Shown one piece after another: positions 9,294-17,397 of a DNA stretch of 64,000 nucleotides. The position numbers and the translations under genes were made by a program. The stretch is taken from positions 1 to 64,000 of the IMG/VR virus record IMGVR_UViG_3300033072_000957; one strand, 5' to 3'. Source of the stretch: a virus. Lineage: Duplodnaviria > Caudoviricetes. Positions within the stretch are counted from its first letter, which is position 1. The number at the start of each line of letters is the position of its first letter. The notes beneath the pieces are model-generated. The model was not told the DNA's origin, ran no database searches, and worked only from the letters and a program-made list of their open reading frames with translations.

Positions 9294-10469
9294 TTAAATA
9301 AATATCTTACTTATCTCATTTAATACAATATTTTCAACTTCTGAATGTTGCAGTCCGTATTTTTTTGAGATTTCTGTTATTACTTCTTGTAATTCAACGT
9401 CTTCTTTTATAAATTCTAACGCTCCGGTGTTACCCTGATTACAATATGGGAACTTTTTACACTTATCTTTAATTTTTACATATATTCCTTCAGGTCCCCC
9501 AAATTTTGGGAATTTCTTATCCTTAACTGCTCTATTTTTATAGATACTGTCTGGACCGTCGATTTTAAGGGGGTTATTACGACCTCCTCTTGGGTTTTTA
9601 CCAAATAATGGTACATCATATTCACCGGTTGCGGACGCGTCTACAATTTCATTTAAATTCGCATTATGTAGTTTATAAATTTCACCTTTGGTTAAAATCT
9701 TACCGAAAGCCTGACCACTATATTCACCAGAAGATGATGCATCCATTTCATTCGTTTCTTTCTTTTTTGTTGTATCTAAACCACACATTTTAAAAAACTC
9801 ATTATAATCAAAATCAATCTTCTCATTTTTGAATTTGGTAACCATATTTTTGGCTATTTTCATTCTATTTTCTTTGTCTTCTACCTTTTTAATGATATCT
9901 ATAATACCATAAACCATATCTTGTTGATTATCATCCAATTTATTATCTATTTTCTGATTACCATCAACTTCTTCTGATTGATTTTTTGGTTGAATTCCTT
10001 TCTTTTTCATATTGATTGCAATTGCCGCTTGTTGTGCGGGGCTCAATGCTTCGTCGACATTATCAGTAATATTACCAATAAACACATTTGGATTAACACC
10101 CATCGCCGCAGCGGTACATAATCTCGTATTTCCCGCAACAAGTATGTATCTATCTCCCAATTTTAGTATTAGTGGTCTGTTATATTCACCACTTTCTATT
10201 ACTTTCTTTAATTTCTTTGGGTTGGTTTTCTTATAATTCTTTGCAACTTCCATTACCGATTCCCAATCATTTTTTTCAATTTGATTAGATTCGGTATTTT
10301 CCAATTTCTCCCAAATGTCATTTGTTAATGTTTCTTCATTTGAATTTTCAAATGCATTTATAATTTCATCTACAGAAACGTCGATATTTTCATCACGCAT
10401 TAAATCTTGTGACAATCTTTGGAATTCATCCATTTCACCTTTAATATCAGGTCTTACATTACTTGACAT
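9294..10469 (-). CDS. Protein with a ParB/Srx-like N-terminal domain
   Basis: RPLILKLGDRYILVAGNTRLCTAAAMG matches the ParB-like P(I/L).V...Y.(I/L)..G..R pattern; the C-terminus has KCKKFPYCNQG. Confidence 0.6.
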   Translation of the reverse strand: MSSNVRPDIKGEMDEFQRLSQDLMRDENIDVSVDEIINAFENSNEETLTNDIWEKLENTESNQIEKNDWESVMEVAKNYKKTNPKKLKKVIESGEYNRPLILKLGDRYILVAGNTRLCTAAAMGVNPNVFIGNITDNVDEALSPAQQAAIAINMKKKGIQPKNQSEEVDGNQKIDNKLDDNQQDMVYGIIDIIKKVEDKENRMKIAKNMVTKFKNEKIDFDYNEFFKMCGLDTTKKKETNEMDASSSGEYSGQAFGKILTKGEIYKLHNANLNEIVDASATGEYDVPLFGKNPRGGRNNPLKIDGPDSIYKNRAVKDKKFPKFGGPEGIYVKIKDKCKKFPYCNQGNTGALEFIKEDVELQEVITEISKKYGLQHSEVENIVLNEISKIFI

Positions 10470-10698
10470 TTTTCAACGCTCCCTCCCAAAACGATTTTCG
10501 CTGCCACAATGTTTTAAATAATTCAACCACTACTTTAGTAGACAAGTCGACAATTTTATCGTCAATCTTTTTTGTGCCCAACTCATCTTGAATCATTTTA
10601 ACAACAATTCTATGAGCATTGGTTGAGTTCATAAAAAGACGAATTTCTTCCTTTGCTATTTTTTCAATTTCCTTCTTGTCTTGACTTGATAATGGCAT
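10459..10698 (-). CDS. Hypothetical protein
   Basis: Short helical ORF in an operon. Confidence 0.7.
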   Translation of the reverse strand: MPLSSQDKKEIEKIAKEEIRLFMNSTNAHRIVVKMIQDELGTKKIDDKIVDLSTKVVVELFKTLWQRKSFWEGALKNVK

Positions 10699-10700
10699 TG

Positions 10701-11213
10701 TTAATTATGTTTTCTTTGTGATATTATATTATCCATAGACGTTTTAAATGTCTCATCAAATTTTACTAATTTTTCTAGTGCGGTACCTACAGTAACTTCT
10801 AATTTTAACATTTCCGCATTGATATAAACTCCGTGTTCTTCTCCTCCTGCAATAAAAACAAAACTAACTTCTTCATCTGTCAATTTACCGTCTAATCTAA
10901 CTTTGTCTTGTTCAATCGTAAATCCTGGTTCAAAATCAACACTTTGACTTACTTGTTGTTTGAATGAATCTATTAGAGTTGAGATGGCTTCTTTTTGCTC
11001 TTCGGTTAATTCCATATCCGCCTCATCGGTAGATAGTAATTTTACGTCAACGTCATTTATGACAGTTATATCGTCTTTTTGTGGTACTTCTTGTTGTGGT
11101 ACCTCCATTTGTTCTTTAAGATTACCAAAAGTTGTTCTTGATTCATTAAGTTTTCTTAATGTATTCAACATTCTTTTGGTATCGTCATACTCTAATATCG
11201 TTTTCTTTTGCAT
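10701..11213 (-). CDS. Hypothetical protein
   Basis: 170 aa acidic ORF in an operon. Confidence 0.75.
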   Translation of the reverse strand: MQKKTILEYDDTKRMLNTLRKLNESRTTFGNLKEQMEVPQQEVPQKDDITVINDVDVKLLSTDEADMELTEEQKEAISTLIDSFKQQVSQSVDFEPGFTIEQDKVRLDGKLTDEEVSFVFIAGGEEHGVYINAEMLKLEVTVGTALEKLVKFDETFKTSMDNIISQRKHN

Positions 11214-11808
11214 TGTTAAATAATATTCTAAAATCGAATGATGGGTTTATATCTGTATAAATATTTGAAAAGTTCGATTTACATACAATTCCCTTGAAAT
11301 TAGATACGTTTTCCAAAAAACCTTGGGATGGGACTACCTGTTTATTAATTTCGTGTTTTTCGCAGAGGTAACTACAAAGGTCTGATAACGACTGCATTTG
11401 GGTTTCATTGTATTTGTCCCAAAAATAATAATTTCTCCAATTGCGTATGTGGGGTTCAGACCTATAAGGATCCCCAATCCAATTATTTAAAATCCCCGTT
11501 ATTGTGTTTTTGTTTAACCACCCCAAATTTTCGATAGCAATTTTAATCATTTTCCTATCTATTTTAGGGATATCAAAGGTGTTAGAACTATAATCAGTAT
11601 CAAATAACTGATACACCATACCTAGCTTAGAAACAACAAAATGGGGTACGTCATCGTACTTCCCATTTTTTCTATACTTTATTTTATTTATAAAATCGTC
11701 GACTCTTCTCTGAGTGTCGTATAAAAATATTTGAGTTTTCTTCGATTTTCTTTTATGTATGTTTAATTTATCTTTATCTATTGTTTCTATATCGTGTACC
11801 ACTAACAT
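11185..11808 (-). CDS. N-acetylmuramoyl-L-alanine amidase-like (Amidase_2 fold) protein with apparently degenerate active site
   Basis: PHFVVSKLGMVYQL, IAIENLG, YNETQMQSLSDLC and DINPSFDF follow the amidase_2 layout, but the canonical IxHHT reads FLYDT. Confidence 0.6.
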   Translation of the reverse strand: MLVVHDIETIDKDKLNIHKRKSKKTQIFLYDTQRRVDDFINKIKYRKNGKYDDVPHFVVSKLGMVYQLFDTDYSSNTFDIPKIDRKMIKIAIENLGWLNKNTITGILNNWIGDPYRSEPHIRNWRNYYFWDKYNETQMQSLSDLCSYLCEKHEINKQVVPSQGFLENVSNFKGIVCKSNFSNIYTDINPSFDFRILFNNAKENDIRV

Positions 11809-12017
11809 CTTTAATTACAATTTTTGGACCGTCTGATGGTCTTCCTTTCGGTTTATTTTCCTTTTCCCAATATAAATCTTCGGATTGTGGTGTTGCTGAA
11901 TTTATTTGTATACCGGGACCATATTGGTAGTAATATGGTATGTGAGTTCCTACATTAGAAAAATTAAAATTATCGTTGTTTTTTTCTAATTCAGAATCTT
12001 CAGTTACTTTTTTTTTT
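11774..12017 (-). other. ATG-less open frame (-1 frame) extending the 406 aa membrane protein by about 77 aa through a probable frameshift
   Basis: Minus strand GAA AAA AAA AAG TAA. The -1 frame reads KKK-VTEDSELEKNNDNFNFSNVGTHIPYYYQYGPG...GTRYRNNR* and exactly fills the otherwise empty gap. Confidence 0.6.
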
Positions 12018-13224
12018 CATCATCGATAACTTGATTCACCGAATCTAAGGTTTCGTTGATTGTTTTATTATCTATCGGTGCAACGTCTATATTAAATTTC
12101 TCAACCTCTTCGGGTGTTGCAAATGGTTCAGGTACTTGTTCTGACCAAAATTGTTCTTCCATTTTTTCAGTCCAAGCCTCTTCTTCAACTGTAGGTTCTT
12201 GCACAGGAATAATAAATTCAGGCTCAATCAAGTTTTCAGATATTTCAATTTCTGATAGATTATCAACCGCCTCATCTACAGGAACAACAACCTCTTCTTG
12301 GAAAATATTCTCAGAATTTTGAGTTATAGCGGAAAAATTTTCACTTTCTTCCTCTTCAGTTGGTTCTATAGTGGAAAAATTTTCATCATCACTAATTAAT
12401 TCTTCATCAGATAAATCAGATACAACATCTTTCTTAATCATTGGATTATCGAATGGTTCATCGTATAATCCTAACTCTTGGTCATTTTTCATCATTTCAG
12501 AAAGTATTTCTTCTGTTCTATTTTTTTCCTCGTCGTTTTTAAATCCCTTAATTGGTGTGTGTTTTGCTCTTACCTCATCACTATATCTTTGAGCGGCAGC
12601 TTTTAATTTTTCATTTGGAAAGGGTGGTTTTAACAAAGCCTCTTCCAATATTTTTAAATCATCTTCACTTAATCTTAATCTTACATTTTCATCCACAAAT
12701 TCTTTAAGTTTATTTGGGTCATTTGAATCGTCATTGGTAGTCATTTCTTCTTTCTTTCTATCTTCTTCGGTGAATTTAACTAACATATGTAAAAAAGATA
12801 GTGAAATTACCGGTAACATACCACCAGCAAAAAATGCTAAGAATCTTTTGTGGCCAACAAAATCGGTTGGGTCAACTCCTAAAAATTCTACAAATGGTGA
12901 AACTAAATCAACCCAATCCTTAAATGATTTAGAATTAATGTCGATATAAGAATATGCAAAAAAGATGTTACCAATAAACTGAACTAATGTAACAATAGCA
13001 AATGGGAAATAAACTTTCTTACCCATATTTGCAGATATTGCCGCCAATGCCGATAATGCAGCAATTTCAATACCGATTGATAAATATATCGCCCAACTTA
13101 CGGGATTGGAAATACCATACCATTGCGTTACGTGAGATATTGATACAATGGCAACCGTTAAGATTGGTATCAAAAACGCAGCAATAATTAATGTTTTGTA
13201 ATTGTTATTAATCCAATGTTTCAT
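12004..13224 (-). CDS. Multi-pass membrane protein with a long acidic C-terminal tail
   Basis: About 4-5 hydrophobic helices in the first 150 aa, followed by a D/E-rich region. Confidence 0.8.
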   Translation of the reverse strand: MKHWINNNYKTLIIAAFLIPILTVAIVSISHVTQWYGISNPVSWAIYLSIGIEIAALSALAAISANMGKKVYFPFAIVTLVQFIGNIFFAYSYIDINSKSFKDWVDLVSPFVEFLGVDPTDFVGHKRFLAFFAGGMLPVISLSFLHMLVKFTEEDRKKEEMTTNDDSNDPNKLKEFVDENVRLRLSEDDLKILEEALLKPPFPNEKLKAAAQRYSDEVRAKHTPIKGFKNDEEKNRTEEILSEMMKNDQELGLYDEPFDNPMIKKDVVSDLSDEELISDDENFSTIEPTEEEESENFSAITQNSENIFQEEVVVPVDEAVDNLSEIEISENLIEPEFIIPVQEPTVEEEAWTEKMEEQFWSEQVPEPFATPEEVEKFNIDVAPIDNKTINETLDSVNQVIDDEKKK

Positions 13225-13493
13225 TATTTGATTGTTTCCTCTAACTTTTTAATCTCATCATCGATTTGAGTTTGTCTTTGGACATCTAACATTTTTCGGT
13301 CTGTCGCTTGTATCATTCTTTTTTCAGAACGTAAGCCCTCTATTTTCATTTTTGTGGATAATCTAATTTCTAAGTCGGACATTTCTTTTCTGACCTTAAC
13401 GATTTCTCTACTATCACTACATCCTTTAAAAAATGTTAATAATGCAATGACTAATACGATTATTGTAAAATTGTTTTCTACGAATTTTTTCAT
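13224..13493 (-). CDS. Membrane-anchored coiled-coil protein
   Basis: N-terminal TM ending FFKGC (possible lipobox), then a coiled coil. Confidence 0.7.
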   Translation of the reverse strand: MKKFVENNFTIIVLVIALLTFFKGCSDSREIVKVRKEMSDLEIRLSTKMKIEGLRSEKRMIQATDRKMLDVQRQTQIDDEIKKLEETIK

Positions 13494-13509
13494 ATGATTA
13501 ATATTACTT

Positions 13510-14349
13510 TTATAAATAGTTTAAGAGTCCGAAACTCTCATTTCTTAATTTTTTTATTGCTTTATCTCTTAATTGTCTGATACGTTCTTTAGTACATCCA
13601 AACTCTTCCCCAAGGTCTTCGAGATTAGATTCAACACCTGTCAAACCATAATATCTTTCAATTATAGTTTTTTCTCTATCATCTAATACACCTAACATTA
13701 GTGCAACCTTCTTTTTAATTTCTTCAGGACTGTTTAATATGTCTTCAGGACTTTCCGCATTTTTGTTTGGAATTAAATCTATTAATTGGTCGCCTTCTTC
13801 GTTTATTTCATTATACAAACCAATACAATATGGTAAGTTAGATGTGTCATTTTCAGTTTCACCATTACTGATAAAATACTTATCTTCTTCGTTCAATGAT
13901 TCTTCTTTCTTTTTCTTTTGCGCCTCTTGAACTAAGTTTGATGGAATCCTGATTGTTCTTGCATTTTCATTTAATGATGCCATAATGGACTGTCTAATCC
14001 ACCACACCGCATACGAAATAAATTTTAAACCACTTGTTGGGTCAAATCTTTCTGCGGCTTTAATTAATCCAATGTTTCCTTCAGATATTAAATCCATAAT
14101 ATCCATTCCTTGATTTTGAAACATTTTAGCAACAGAAATTACGAATCGTAAATTACCAACAACTAACTCATTATAGAGAATTTTTTTCTCCTCTTTAGTT
14201 GTTTCTTTTGAATTTAATTTTTTGAAAATCTCTTCTTGTTTTTCGTGAGAAATAACAGGAATTTTACGGATGTCTTTAATGTACTGTTGAATTTCTTCCG
14301 TGTTGATGATGACAGACTTTTTCATTAGAAATGAGTTTGGAGTTAACAA
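13510..14349 (-). CDS. RNA polymerase sigma-70 family factor, Bacteroidota RpoD-like
   Basis: Region 2 NLRFVISVAK...DLISEGNIGLIKAAERFDP...FISYAVWWIRQSI and region 4 HTH LEDLGEEFGCTKERIRQ. The true start may be the internal Met (MKKSVII). Confidence 0.93.
   Translation of the reverse strand: MLTPNSFLMKKSVIINTEEIQQYIKDIRKIPVISHEKQEEIFKKLNSKETTKEEKKILYNELVVGNLRFVISVAKMFQNQGMDIMDLISEGNIGLIKAAERFDPTSGLKFISYAVWWIRQSIMASLNENARTIRIPSNLVQEAQKKKKEESLNEEDKYFISNGETENDTSNLPYCIGLYNEINEEGDQLIDLIPNKNAESPEDILNSPEEIKKKVALMLGVLDDREKTIIERYYGLTGVESNLEDLGEEFGCTKERIRQLRDKAIKKLRNESFGLLNYL
13511..13518 (-). promoter_or_regulatory. Example of the recurrent TATTTAT(A) upstream motif (putative late promoter)
   Basis: The same motif lies 5-21 nt upstream of more than ten gene starts (see findings). 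Confidence 0.55.
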
Positions 14350-14380
14350 AGTTTAGTAGTACTAAGGTAACTAAAATTTT

Positions 14381-14827
14381 CTAATTTTCAAAATTATCAA
14401 GGAAATTTTTTTCCTCGGGGGTTAAACTGTCTACCCCCATCTTTTCAATTTTGTCCAAAAGTTCATCCAAATCCATTGCCGGCTTGTTGTCGTATTCAAG
14501 TCTGATTATCATATTATCACTTGCAGGTTTAAATATGAAATCTTTGACTTGTTGGGGTAAGTGGGCGGTAACCAAACTTTCCCTATCAAATATAAAATAA
14601 AATTTAATATTATCGGTAAACAATACCGTATACATTTCTTGAGATATTGTTTTATAGTCGCTGTCGGAGTCAAATATTACAATAATGTTTTGTGAGTTTT
14701 CAATAACATATCTAACAGAACTAATTACTGAATTTTCACCAAGGACTTCTGTGCAGAAAAATTCTACATCTTCGTGGTCCTCAAACATACCAAAAATAAA
14801 CATTATATAAGTCTTCATAAAAGACAA
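14381..14827 (-). CDS. Hypothetical protein with a C-terminal LD.LLDKI...G..SLT.EE..FL helical motif
   Basis: C-terminus LDELLDKIEKMGVDSLTPEEKNFL resembles the DUF6576-type tail as I recall it. Confidence 0.7.
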   Translation of the reverse strand: MSFMKTYIMFIFGMFEDHEDVEFFCTEVLGENSVISSVRYVIENSQNIIVIFDSDSDYKTISQEMYTVLFTDNIKFYFIFDRESLVTAHLPQQVKDFIFKPASDNMIIRLEYDNKPAMDLDELLDKIEKMGVDSLTPEEKNFLDNFEN

Positions 14828-14829
14828 AA

Positions 14830-15480
14830 CTAATTTCTTGATTTAATTCTCCAATAAACTCCTCCACCCAAATATGGTACCAATTTACCACTAACACCAT
14901 TATTATCAGGGTCCGAAACTTGATTAGTTACTCCAGCATCTAATTTATATAATCTATCTCGTTTATCTTTAATTATAAACCCTAAACCCATAACCTCAAC
15001 CACATTGGGTTTTGTGAATTTACTATCAAACCCTAAAAAATATTCGGTTTTTTTAGGTTCCTTAGTATAAACTGTGTCTGTAACAATCATTTTCTTTATA
15101 TCCGCAATAAATTTTCTATTAACAATACTATTCTTTGATATTGTATCAGTTATCGTTACAGTACCTTGGTTGTTTGGTAGTTTTAAAACGTCTTTGTTTT
15201 CAATTTTCGCAAAGTAAACTTTTAATATTTCATTAGTGTCAACTTGTTGAATTACAGGGACTTCTACTCTCTTTTCCACTTCCACTTTTACCGGTACCTC
15301 AACCTCAACTTCTACCTCTACTTCTTGTGGTATAGTGTCGTGAACCGCGTATGGTATAGAGTCACCCTTAACTATTTTAACCCTATTTGGCATTATGCCT
15401 TTAGGGTTAATAAATTCTAATATTGCAATTAACAATAATATTAATATGATGACATTTCTGACACTAAAAATTTTCTTCAT
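14830..15480 (-). CDS. Membrane-anchored protein, putative lysis accessory
   Basis: N-terminal TM, an (EV)n repeat, and a C-terminal beta strand ending GGGVYWRI. Confidence 0.65.
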   Translation of the reverse strand: MKKIFSVRNVIILILLLIAILEFINPKGIMPNRVKIVKGDSIPYAVHDTIPQEVEVEVEVEVPVKVEVEKRVEVPVIQQVDTNEILKVYFAKIENKDVLKLPNNQGTVTITDTISKNSIVNRKFIADIKKMIVTDTVYTKEPKKTEYFLGFDSKFTKPNVVEVMGLGFIIKDKRDRLYKLDAGVTNQVSDPDNNGVSGKLVPYLGGGVYWRIKSRN

Positions 15481-15897
15481 TTATTTTAAAAGAAATAATG
15501 TAGTTGTTATTACACCTATAAATGAACCAACCTTATATAGGAAAGTTTTTCTTCTTTGACCTTTTAACTCTTTAAATAAACTCTCAGATTTTTGTCTTTC
15601 TAAATCAAATTGTTGGTCTTTCTTGCTGATTATTAATTCTAAGTTGGATATTTTTTGGTCTTTTAATGTATCTTTTTGTTTAAATAAAGAAATTTGTTCA
15701 TCCTTTAATGTGATAACTTTGTTTAACTCAGTTACTTCATTAACTAAACCATCTCCCTTAATTAAATCTTTAATTACCAATTTTGCAACAGGCACCTTTA
15801 ATGCTACCACAGTGTCTACGTTAGTTTTTGTAACGGTCTGTGAAAAACTTTTCAAGGTCGCTAAAGTTATAATTGTTAACAGAATCAATCTTTTCAT
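15481..15897 (-). CDS. Signal-peptide coiled-coil protein, putative spanin component
   Basis: Signal-peptide-like N-terminus, coiled coil and C-terminal TM; overlaps the upstream gene by 77 nt. Confidence 0.6.
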   Translation of the reverse strand: MKRLILLTIITLATLKSFSQTVTKTNVDTVVALKVPVAKLVIKDLIKGDGLVNEVTELNKVITLKDEQISLFKQKDTLKDQKISNLELIISKKDQQFDLERQKSESLFKELKGQRRKTFLYKVGSFIGVITTTLFLLK

Positions 15898-16159
15898 CGG
15901 TTTGTTTTTTAATAATTGTTATGTTTTTAGTTACTTGGTTGATAGTACCATCGACCTTGTCGATTTCTTTATCAATTGTTACAATCTGTGTTGTAATCTC
16001 CTTATTAATCGCCTCAACAGAATCTATTTCATTTTGAATAGCGTCTATTTTACGGTTATATTCCGCAACATCAGTTTTAATTGAATTTGTTTGGAAAATA
16101 CTATAACCAGCAAGGATTACTACGATAATAAGTAAAATATCGGTCTTGTTTATTTTCAT
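15821..16159 (-). CDS. TM-anchored coiled-coil protein, putative spanin component
   Basis: N-terminal TM followed by a long heptad coiled coil. Confidence 0.6.
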   Translation of the reverse strand: MKINKTDILLIIVVILAGYSIFQTNSIKTDVAEYNRKIDAIQNEIDSVEAINKEITTQIVTIDKEIDKVDGTINQVTKNITIIKKQTDEKIDSVNNYNFSDLEKFFTDRYKN

Positions 16160-16195
16160 ATTTACTTTTTATTATAAATATGACAAAACAGGCGT

Positions 16196-16681
16196 TTATC
16201 TTAAAACAACTAATTTACCGGGGATTAGATTCTGATAGGTAATTAAGGATTCTACATTATTTTTACCATAAGCAACGAGAACTGACGGGGCACCCGCAGC
16301 ATCGGCTTGTTTACCATCAACGTGGTGAAATTTCAATCTTCCTTTAATAAAATATAGGGCATCTGCTTTATCCCATATATAATCAAAAAACATCTTGGTT
16401 TCGGTTCTTGCAAATACCAATGCCACTGCATTTCCATATTCCGAACACTTTTTTAACCATAAAGTGGTTTGAGTTCCATATGGTGGATTACACCACACTC
16501 TTCCATTCCATTCTTTAGATAACCCATCATCCTCAATCGTATAATGATTCTTAGCCGTTGGCCAAGGTCGATTTATAGGACTACAAGGGTCTAAATCAAA
16601 CTCCCCCAAGTTTGTTATAATCTGTGGGGGAGTTAACCATTCGTCTTTCCCTTCGGAAACACGTTCAAATGCTGTATTCAT
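16196..16681 (-). CDS. Phage-type DNA N6-adenine methyltransferase
   Basis: DEWLTP, FDLDPC, EDDGL and VWCNPPYG motifs. Confidence 0.9.
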   Translation of the reverse strand: MNTAFERVSEGKDEWLTPPQIITNLGEFDLDPCSPINRPWPTAKNHYTIEDDGLSKEWNGRVWCNPPYGTQTTLWLKKCSEYGNAVALVFARTETKMFFDYIWDKADALYFIKGRLKFHHVDGKQADAAGAPSVLVAYGKNNVESLITYQNLIPGKLVVLR

Positions 16682-17352
16682 TATTTCTTTTTAACAATCT
16701 CATCGATTATTCCATAAGATAATGCTTCATCTGCACCTAACCATAAATCTCTCGACGCATCATTTTTAACTTGTTCTGCGGGTTTTCCACAATACCCACC
16801 TAATAATTCAAATAGAGTATCGTTAATTTTTTCCCATTCTGCCATTGTAATTCTTGCGTCTTGAATATTACCACCCGCACCACCTGAAGATTGATGTAAC
16901 ATTGTACGAGAAAAACGTAAAGATCCACGTTTACCCTTAGTACCCGCACCTAATAGAACTGAACCCATTGATGCTGCCATACCAGTATTAATTGTACGAA
17001 TATCTGAATTGATGTATTCCATAACATCGACCATAGATAAACCCGATTTAACTGACCCTCCAGGACTATCGATGTGCATCGTAATATCGTTATGGTCTAA
17101 ACTATCTAAGAACATTAACTGTGCTTGAACAATAGTGGACATATGGTCATTTACCTCACCGGCAACCCATATAATACGTTCCATCATTAAACGTGAAAAC
17201 ACATCCATAACAGTAACGTTTAAACTTCTTTCTTCCAAAATATAGGGAGTTAAACTATTCTCAATACGTCGATTGTAGTTGTGTAAGTTTAATGAGCTAA
17301 TACCGAAGTCTTTACTATAAAGACCAAATTCTTTGTAATCTTTGGGTGTCAT
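16681..17352 (-). CDS. clpP: ATP-dependent Clp protease proteolytic subunit
   Basis: IDSPGGSV, AASMGS (catalytic Ser), MLHQ (His), RDLWL and YGIIDEI. Confidence 0.95.
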   Translation of the reverse strand: MTPKDYKEFGLYSKDFGISSLNLHNYNRRIENSLTPYILEERSLNVTVMDVFSRLMMERIIWVAGEVNDHMSTIVQAQLMFLDSLDHNDITMHIDSPGGSVKSGLSMVDVMEYINSDIRTINTGMAASMGSVLLGAGTKGKRGSLRFSRTMLHQSSGGAGGNIQDARITMAEWEKINDTLFELLGGYCGKPAEQVKNDASRDLWLGADEALSYGIIDEIVKKK

Positions 17353-17369
17353 ATAAGTTTATTTTAGTT

Positions 17370-17385
17370 AAGACAAATATAAAGA
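17370..17385 (-). promoter_or_regulatory. Bacteroidota-type -7 promoter element (TATATTTG) upstream of clpP
   Basis: Minus strand reads ...TCTTTATATTTGTCT..., matching the TAnnTTTG consensus. Confidence 0.45.
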
Positions 17386-17397
17386 TAAAATTCCTAA

